Shown here: positions 57,903-64,000 of the stretch, one piece after another
Layout of the letters: the number at the start of each line of letters is the position of its first letter
Numbering within the stretch: the first letter of the stretch is position 1
Program-made: the position numbers and the translations under genes
DNA from: an uncultured delta proteobacterium
GTDB taxonomy: Bacteria > Myxococcota_A > Polyangia > Palsa-1104
Length of the DNA stretch: 64,000 bases
Assembly: GCA_963785725.1 (NCBI GenBank)
Contig: CAWAWS010000015.1
Location: forward strand, 96,001-160,000
Direction of reading: 5' to 3'
The notes under the pieces: generated by a model
Database searches by the model: none
Seen by the model: only the letters and a program-made list of their open reading frames with translations
What the model was told of the DNA's origin: nothing

Positions 57903-58333
57903 TGCTGCCGCCGTCGGAACCGGCGCGTGACGGCGTCTCCCGCCACGTCGCGCAGAACATCGACCGCATCGCCGGGCTGCACGCGCGCGCCGAGGAGAAC
58001 GTCGGCGGCCATCAGCGCTTCGTCGAGCGGCTGGCGCGCTTCGTCGGCCGCCCGGCGTTCTTCTACGTGCTCGTCGTGAGCTGCGCCTCTTGGATCGTGC
58101 TCAACTCGACGCTGCCCGCGCTCGGCCGACACGCGATCGATGCGCCGCCGTTCGAAGGCCTGCAGTGCGTCGTCGGGCTGGTGGCGCTCATCGCGCTGGT
58201 CGAGGAGTTGCGCGTCGATCTGCCGAACGTCCACGACCGCCGCGACGACGAAGCCGCCGCCATGACCGAGCCGGCCGATCCCGCCGCCGTCGTGGCCGCG
58301 CTGAAGGAGACGCTGCCCGACGGCGAGACGTAA
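57902..58333 (+). CDS. DUF1003-like membrane protein with an apparent in-frame internal deletion
   Basis: VAQNIDRIA, FVGRP.F, WIVLN, DAPPF..LQ joined directly to LIALVEELR.DLPNV; the usual LI(T/S)QNR segment is absent. Confidence 0.65.
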   Translation: MLPPSEPARDGVSRHVAQNIDRIAGLHARAEENVGGHQRFVERLARFVGRPAFFYVLVVSCASWIVLNSTLPALGRHAIDAPPFEGLQCVVGLVALIALVEELRVDLPNVHDRRDDEAAAMTEPADPAAVVAALKETLPDGET

Positions 58334-58336
58334 CGG

Positions 58337-58729
58337 TCAGTGTCGAATCTGCCAGCTGGCGATGGCGGCTTGCAGGCGATGCCAGACGGCCGGGTCCATG
58401 CGGTTCGAGCCCCACGTGCACTCGAGCGCGACGCGCACGCGCGGATCGCGATCGGCGGCGGCCAAGAGCGGCTCCAGCACCGACTCGCCGTGCCGGCACA
58501 AGAGATCCTCGACCGGCCCGGCGGCGACGTAAGCCAAGAGCGCGTCGTCCGACGTCCGCTGCACGAGCGCCAGCGCCAGCGCCAACGCGTCGGCGGGCGC
58601 CGCCTCGCGGATGAGGTCGTCGACGCGGCCGAACGCCCACTCGAGGTCGGATTCGGTCGCCGCTTGGCGATTGCGCGCGCCGTAGGCGAGATAGGCCTCG
58701 AGCAGCTCCTCGTTCCAAGGTTTCGTCAT
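58337..58729 (-). CDS. Hypothetical protein (DUF6869-like)
   Basis: YVAAGPVEDLL..HG motif, DPRVRVAL..W. Confidence 0.65.
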   Translation of the reverse strand: MTKPWNEELLEAYLAYGARNRQAATESDLEWAFGRVDDLIREAAPADALALALALVQRTSDDALLAYVAAGPVEDLLCRHGESVLEPLLAAADRDPRVRVALECTWGSNRMDPAVWHRLQAAIASWQIRH

Positions 58730-58777
58730 GGCCAGCGCAAGATGAATCGGCTGCGACGTCGAGGGTTAGGACGCGGA

Positions 58778-59398
58778 TCACAGCGCGCGCGGCAAGCTCC
58801 AGTGCCGATAGACGCTCACGACCCGCAGGACGAAGCAGCCGACGCCGCCCAGAATCGTCGCCGGCGTCGCCGGCGCCTTGAGCCGCTGCGCGCCGACCAT
58901 CACGGCCGCGCCGAACAGCGCCGCCACCGCGTAAATGTCGGTCTGCAAGACGTTGGGCACGCGCGCGAGCAGGATGTCGCGAATGACGCCGCCGCCGGCG
59001 CCGGTGACCGCGCCGAGCAGGATCGCGCTCAAGGGCGGCACGCGATAGGCGAGCGCCTTCTTCGCGCCCGCGACGGCGAACAGCGACAGGCCGGCGGCAT
59101 CGACGAGCATGAGCGCCGTCCGCGGCGTGCGCGCGACGAACGCGCTCCAGAAGAGCACGACGGTGCCGCCGAAGAGCGCGGTCGCGGCGTAGCGCCAGTC
59201 GCGGATGGCGTTGGGCGGTGACGCGCCGATGAGGAGATCGCGGATGACACCGCCGCCGAGCGCCGTCGCGAAGCTCAAGACGAGGACGCCGAGCGCGTCG
59301 AGGTGGCCGGCGGCGGCCGTGCTGCCGCCTTCGATGGCGAAGACGAACGTGCCCAAGAGGTCGCAGACGAGCAGCAACGTTTCCGAGTCGGGCCGCAT
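58778..59398 (-). CDS. Trimeric intracellular cation channel family (UPF0126/YadS-like) membrane protein
   Basis: DLLGTFVFAIEG, duplicated GGGVIRD(L/I)L motifs, DAAGLSLFA. Confidence 0.9.
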   Translation of the reverse strand: MRPDSETLLLVCDLLGTFVFAIEGGSTAAAGHLDALGVLVLSFATALGGGVIRDLLIGASPPNAIRDWRYAATALFGGTVVLFWSAFVARTPRTALMLVDAAGLSLFAVAGAKKALAYRVPPLSAILLGAVTGAGGGVIRDILLARVPNVLQTDIYAVAALFGAAVMVGAQRLKAPATPATILGGVGCFVLRVVSVYRHWSLPRAL

Positions 59399-59429
59399 GA
59401 GCGCGCGGCCACTGTAAATCGAAAGTTGG

Positions 59430-60032
59430 CTAGGCGGCGAGGGCGACGGCCGGATCGTCGGTGGCGACGAGCAGCGCTTGCATGCGGCGGCGGGCGTAGA
59501 ACAGCCGCGACATCACCGTGCCCACCGAGCAGGTCATCGTCCGCGCGATCTCTTGGTACGACAGGCCTTGCAGCTCGCGCAGCACGAGCGCGGTGCGGTG
59601 CTTGTCGCCGAGCTGACCCAAGGCCGCGCTCAGCTGCGCGCCGAGCCGCGTGCGGCCCAAGCTCAGCGCCGGATCGTCGTCGCTGGTGAGCACGCCTTCG
59701 ACGTCGTCGATGGGCTGCGTGAGCGGCGTCACGCGGCGCAGTCGATCGATGCAGACATTGACGACGATGCGGTGCAGCCACGTCGAGAACTGCGCCGATC
59801 CGTCGAAGCGATCGAGCGCGCGATAGGCGCGCATGAACGCGTCTTGGCAGGCGTCGCGCGCGTCTTCGGGGTCGTGCAGGATGCCGATGGCGACGGCGAT
59901 CGCGCGCTGTTGATGGCGGCGCACGAGCTGCCCGAAGGCGTCCTTGTCGCCGCGGCGAAAGGCGGCGATGGTGGCGTCGTCGGCGGCGCGCCGCTGGTCG
60001 GCGGCGGAGGCGGGCAGGGCAGTCGTCGTCAT
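59430..60032 (-). CDS. ECF-type RNA polymerase sigma factor (alternative start 60056)
   Basis: GDKDAFGQLVRRHQ, DACQDAF, FSTWLHRIVVN..ID, LRELQGLSYQEIA, GTVMSRLFYAR. Confidence 0.9.
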   Translation of the reverse strand: MTTTALPASAADQRRAADDATIAAFRRGDKDAFGQLVRRHQQRAIAVAIGILHDPEDARDACQDAFMRAYRALDRFDGSAQFSTWLHRIVVNVCIDRLRRVTPLTQPIDDVEGVLTSDDDPALSLGRTRLGAQLSAALGQLGDKHRTALVLRELQGLSYQEIARTMTCSVGTVMSRLFYARRRMQALLVATDDPAVALAA

Positions 60033-60072
60033 CGTTTGGGCCTGGCGGTCGCGCATGGTTGGAACGACGTAG

Positions 60073-60088
60073 TGCAACTGGCTCGCCA
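60073..60088 (-). promoter_or_regulatory. Candidate sigma-54 (-24/-12) promoter of the ECF sigma gene
   Basis: Minus strand TGGCGAGCCAGTTGCA: GG-N10-GC with TTGCA. Confidence 0.5.
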
Positions 60089-60208
60089 GTCGAAACCCTT
60101 GCGCTGCATGGCTGTGGCGATCGTCGCCGGGGCGAGCGTGAACCGTCGTTCGCGGTTCGTGTGGCGATCTGGTCACTACGAATCGCGCAAACAGATCTAC
60201 GTACGCAG

Positions 60209-61522
60209 CTACTTCTCGTCGGCAAGGACCGCCGAGTGCTGCAGCCCATCGGCGATCTCGGGCAGGATTCCCAGCCTCACGTATATGGGTCGCGCTTGGC
60301 GGCGCAGCGCCGGCAGCTTCACGACGAACACGGCGCAGGCCACGATCGTCATGACGCCACCGATGAGCACCGTCCACGGCGCGCCGATGCGCGAGCCGGC
60401 CCAGCCGGCGGCCAAGCTGCCGAACGGCATCATCCCGAAGAAGGCCATCGTGTAGAAGCTCATGACGCGGCCGCGCTTGTCCTCGTCGACGAGTGTCTGC
60501 AGGAGCGTGTTCGAGGCCGCCATCTGCACCATCATGCCGCCGCCGGCCACGAACAGGAGCGGCATGGACACGACCCAGCTGCGCGACAGCGAGAAGCCGA
60601 TGAGCCCGGCGCCGAAGGCGAAGCCGGCGATGACGAGCGTGCGGCCGAGCCCGAGCACCGTGCGCCGCGAGGCCAGCCACAAGGCGCCCGCGACCGCGCC
60701 GCCGCCCGACGCTGCCATCAAGATGCCGAGCGTGTGCGGGCCGCCGTGCAAGACCTTGCTGGCGAAGATGGGCATGAGCACCGTGTAGGGAATGCCGGTG
60801 AAGCTGACGACCGCCAACAAGATGAGGATGGCGCGAATGGGCGCGAAGCCGGCGACGTAGCGGAAGCCCTCGCGCAGCTCGATGAGCACGCGTTTGTGCA
60901 CGGCGGTGACGGCGCGCGGGCGCAGCCGCATCATCAAGAGCGACGCCAGCACCGCCAGGTAGCTGAGCGCGTCGATGGCGAAGCACCAGCCCTCGCCGAA
61001 GGCCGCGATGAGCACGCCGGCCACCGACGGGCCGAGCAGGCGCGCCGCGTTGACCATCGACGAATTGAGCGCGATGGCGTTGGGCAGGTCGGCGCGGTCT
61101 TCGACCATCTCGACCACGAACGATTGTCTCGCCGGCGTATCGAAGGCGTTGATGAAGCCCTGGAACACCGACAAGGCCAAGATGTGCCAGACCTCGATGA
61201 CGTGCGTGATCGCCAGCACCGCCAGGAGCGTCGACTGCAGCATCGCCAGCGCCTGCGTCACGACGAGCACGCGATGGCGGCTCCAGCGATCGACGAGCAC
61301 GCCCGCCAGCGGCGCCAGCACGAACGTCGGCAGCGATCCGGCGAAGCCGACCAGCCCGAGCAGCATGGCCGAGCCGGTCAAGCGATAGACGAGCCAGCTC
61401 GTGGCCACGCGCGTGAGCCACGTGCCGACGAGCGACGTGCCTTGACCGGCGAAGAAGAGGCGATAGTTGCGATGCTTGAGCGCTCGCCCCATGGCGGCGA
61501 AGCTCGACGCGGCCGAAGTCAT
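60209..61522 (-). CDS. MFS transporter (12 TM)
   Basis: ALKHRNYRLFFAGQ, GVLVDRWSR motif A, PARQSF, RGRVMS. Confidence 0.9.
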   Translation of the reverse strand: MTSAASSFAAMGRALKHRNYRLFFAGQGTSLVGTWLTRVATSWLVYRLTGSAMLLGLVGFAGSLPTFVLAPLAGVLVDRWSRHRVLVVTQALAMLQSTLLAVLAITHVIEVWHILALSVFQGFINAFDTPARQSFVVEMVEDRADLPNAIALNSSMVNAARLLGPSVAGVLIAAFGEGWCFAIDALSYLAVLASLLMMRLRPRAVTAVHKRVLIELREGFRYVAGFAPIRAILILLAVVSFTGIPYTVLMPIFASKVLHGGPHTLGILMAASGGGAVAGALWLASRRTVLGLGRTLVIAGFAFGAGLIGFSLSRSWVVSMPLLFVAGGGMMVQMAASNTLLQTLVDEDKRGRVMSFYTMAFFGMMPFGSLAAGWAGSRIGAPWTVLIGGVMTIVACAVFVVKLPALRRQARPIYVRLGILPEIADGLQHSAVLADEK

Positions 61523-61589
61523 TGCGCACTACCTAAGCACACGTCGCGGTCGCGTGGTCGACCGTCTGCGCGCGGCCGTCCGGCCATCG

Positions 61590-63152
61590 TCAGTGCGCGG
61601 CGATCGGCGCGCCCGGCTTCGGCTTCTGCAAGAGCAGCGTCAGCGGAATCATCACCATCGCCACGATCGCCAAGAGCTGCAGCGTGTCGATGTAGGCGAG
61701 CGCCGTCGCCTGCGCCTGCACGGCGCCGTAAATGCGCGCCAGCGCCTGCCGTGCCGCCGTCGTCGCCGGGAGGCCGCGCTCGTGCAGCCGCGCCGTCAGC
61801 TGCGCCAAGCCGGCGCGAAAAGCGGCGTCGTAATTCGTCGTATGCGCGACCAGCTGCGCTTGATGATGTTGCGCCCGCCGCGCCAGCATCGTCGTCGCCA
61901 ACGAGATGCCGATGCTGCCACCGAGATTGCGCGCCAGGTTGATCATCGCCGACACTTGATTGTTCTTCTCGCGCGGCACACCGACGTACGACACCGTGTT
62001 GATGGGCACGAAGAGGAACGCGAAGCCGACCGACTGGTAGCAGCGCATCGCCACCGCCGTCGAGAACGCGATGCCGAGATAGAGCGCGGTCATGTGATGC
62101 AGCGCCAGCGCCGTCACCAAGAAGCCGAAGCCGATGAGCCAGCGCGGATCGACCTTGCCGAGCAGCCGGCCGACCAACGGCAACAGCGTGATGACGACGA
62201 GCCCGCCCGGCGACAGCACCATGCCGGCCTCTTGCGCGGTGTAACCCAGCAGCGTTTGTACGTATTGCGGCAACAGCACCGTCGTTCCGAAGAGCACGAG
62301 GCCGAGCACCAGCATCATGCAGAAGGACACGGCGAAGCTGCGGCGCTTCAACATGCGCAAGTCGATGATGGGATCGGGATGGCGCCACTCCCAGATCACC
62401 ATCGCCACCAGCGCCGTCGCCGAGGTCACCGAGAAGAACACGATCGTCGGCGAGCCGAACCAGTCGTCGCGCTCGCCCTTGTCGAGCACGTATTGCAGCG
62501 CGCCCAAGCCGATGACGATGAGGCCGACGCCGATCCAATCGCCCCGCGGGCGCGACTGCTTGTCGTCGCGCCTGAGCCACGGCGGATCTTCGACGAGCCG
62601 CTCGGTCAAGACGAGCGAGATGATGCCGACGGGGACGTTGATGAAGAAGATCCAGCGCCAGCTGAAGTTGTCGGTGATGAAGCCGCCCAAGGTCGGGCCG
62701 ATGCCGGCGCCAGCACGACGGCCATGCCGTAGATGGCGAAGGCCATGCCGCGCGACTTGCGGCGGGAAGGTGTCGGCCAGGATGGCTTGCTCGCTCGGCG
62801 CCAGACCGCCGCCGCCGGCGCCCTGCAAGATGCGGCAGACGATCAGGATGGGCAAGTTGGGCGCGAGGCCGCAGGCGAACGACGAGAGCGTGAACAGCGC
62901 GACGCAGGTCATGTAGAAGCGCTTGCGGCCGAAGATCGTCGACAGCCAGCCCGACAGCGGCAACACGACGGCGTTGGAGACGAGATACGACGTCAGCACC
63001 CACGTCGCCGCGTCCATGCCCTCGGACAGGTTGCCGGCGATGTGCGGCAACGAGACGTTGGCGATGCTGGTGTCGAGCACCTCCATGAACGTGGCGAGGG
63101 TGACGGTGAAGGCGATGGCCCAGTGGTTGTGCTTCGGCTTCCACTCGCTCAC
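61590..63152 (-). CDS. emrB: DHA2-family (EmrB-like) MFS efflux permease; compensated frameshift pair at ~62760/~62704
   Basis: MEVLDTSIANVSLPHI, WRWIFFINVPVG, RNLGGSIG; the expected SRGMAFAIYGMAVVLAP segment lies in another frame. Confidence 0.88.
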   Translation of the reverse strand: MSEWKPKHNHWAIAFTVTLATFMEVLDTSIANVSLPHIAGNLSEGMDAATWVLTSYLVSNAVVLPLSGWLSTIFGRKRFYMTCVALFTLSSFACGLAPNLPILIVCRILQGAGGGGLAPSEQAILADTFPPQVARHGLRHLRHGRRAGAGIGPTLGGFITDNFSWRWIFFINVPVGIISLVLTERLVEDPPWLRRDDKQSRPRGDWIGVGLIVIGLGALQYVLDKGERDDWFGSPTIVFFSVTSATALVAMVIWEWRHPDPIIDLRMLKRRSFAVSFCMMLVLGLVLFGTTVLLPQYVQTLLGYTAQEAGMVLSPGGLVVITLLPLVGRLLGKVDPRWLIGFGFLVTALALHHMTALYLGIAFSTAVAMRCYQSVGFAFLFVPINTVSYVGVPREKNNQVSAMINLARNLGGSIGISLATTMLARRAQHHQAQLVAHTTNYDAAFRAGLAQLTARLHERGLPATTAARQALARIYGAVQAQATALAYIDTLQLLAIVAMVMIPLTLLLQKPKPGAPIAAH

Positions 63153-63209
63153 GGCCGCACCCGGTCTCGATGGGACGCGCTCACGTTCGCTCGCTCACGG
63201 CCGCACCCG
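63144..63209. repeat. 20-bp direct repeat CTCGCTCACGGCCGCACCCG (63144-63163 and 63190-63209) duplicating the emrB start region
   Basis: Exact match read directly. Confidence 0.85.
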
Positions 63210-63211
63210 AC

Positions 63212-64000
63212 TCAACGGACGTAGACCTTGGGCTCGACGGACATGCCCGGACGCAGCTGATCGATGCCCACCTGATTGGGATTGAGGCGCAGCCGCATCG
63301 GAATGCGCTGCACGACCTTGACGTAGTTGCCGGTCGCGTTCTCCGGCGGCAGGATGCTGAAGCGCGAGCCCGACGCGGCGCCGAAGCTGTCGACCCAGCC
63401 GTCGAAGTTGCGCCCGAGCGCGTCGACGTGCACGCGCACGTGCTGCCCGACCGCGATCTCGTGCAGCTGCGTCTCCTTGAAGCTCGCCGTCACGTACAGC
63501 TCGCGGGTATCGACCAGCGCCAGCAGCTCCTGCCCGGGCGTGACGTGATTGCCGGGCTCGACGTTGCGTCGCCCGACGAGCCCGTCATAGGGCGCGACGA
63601 TGCGCGTGTAGCCGAGGTTGAGCCTGGCCTGCTCCAGCGCCGACTTGGCCGCGCGCACCGCCGCCTGGCGCGCCGCGATGTTGGCGCGCTGCTCGGACAG
63701 CTGGCGCGGCGCGTTCTGCGACGCCTCCTGCGAACGGCTCTCGGCCTGCGCCACGCGCGCCTGCGCCTGCTCGACCGCCTTGGCCGCCGACTTGGCGCGC
63801 GCCCGCGCGCTATCGACGCCCGCCGTCGCCGACTTCGCCGTCTCGACGATGGCGTCGTAGCGCTCGCGCGGCACCGCCTGTTGTCCGAGCAGGTACTTGT
63901 AGCGCGCCAGATCGGCGTCGGCCTTCTGCTGCGCCGCCAACGACTCGCGCACCGCCGCCAGCGCCGCGTCGTGATCGCGCGCCGCCGCCGACAGCGCCGC
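63212..64000 (-). CDS. emrA: HlyD/EmrA-family membrane fusion protein, 5' end outside the window
   Basis: LGYTRIVAP.DG, FKETQL, FSILPPENATGNYVKVVQRIP, LRPGMSV. Confidence 0.92.
   Translation of the reverse strand, partial: AALSAAARDHDAALAAVRESLAAQQKADADLARYKYLLGQQAVPRERYDAIVETAKSATAGVDSARARAKSAAKAVEQAQARVAQAESRSQEASQNAPRQLSEQRANIAARQAAVRAAKSALEQARLNLGYTRIVAPYDGLVGRRNVEPGNHVTPGQELLALVDTRELYVTASFKETQLHEIAVGQHVRVHVDALGRNFDGWVDSFGAASGSRFSILPPENATGNYVKVVQRIPMRLRLNPNQVGIDQLRPGMSVEPKVYVR

Noticed and set aside
521..63860. Numerous long Arg/Ala-rich alternative-frame and antisense ORFs (e.g. 15054..17897, 38031..40793, 44116..46614)
   Set aside because: Expected from stop-codon scarcity at ~70% GC; they show no recognisable motifs and overlap well-supported genes.
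1..64000. tRNA/rRNA genes, IS elements, integrases, prophage or defence systems
   Set aside because: No such motifs were recognised and intergenic gaps are short (mostly under 310 bp); small ncRNAs cannot be excluded without a covariance-model search.

Overview
GC-rich (~70%) bacterial window, most consistent with Myxococcota (Polyangia-like): it has a MYXO-CTERM-type C-terminus, Hanks-type Ser/Thr kinases, an ACF/Wsp-like chemosensory operon and many low-complexity lipoproteins. The first ~16 kb is a divergent, ROK-repressed beta-glucan utilisation locus with no TonB/SusC receptor in the window. It holds a clan GH-A hydrolase (GH158/GH2-like) fused to a probable outer-membrane beta-barrel, a downstream lipoprotein, a GH1 beta-glucosidase, an Opp/Dpp-type ABC importer, GH16 and GH26 lipoproteins, and two lipoproteins carrying three copies of one uncharacterised CBM-like domain. 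Three 25-bp ROK-type operators can be read directly from the DNA. The rest contains a surface-anchored pentaheme cytochrome c, sensor kinases, two orphan DctP proteins, a GGDEF protein, two tandem HEAT-repeat receptor kinases, a self-sufficient CYP102, a Wsp-like che operon, a GH18 chitinase, astB, two tandem TolC paralogues, an ECF sigma factor and MFS/EmrAB transporters. Four genes carry small indels that are probably sequencing errors. No rRNA, tRNA, CRISPR array or mobile element was recognised. All calls come from motif reading, not database searches.
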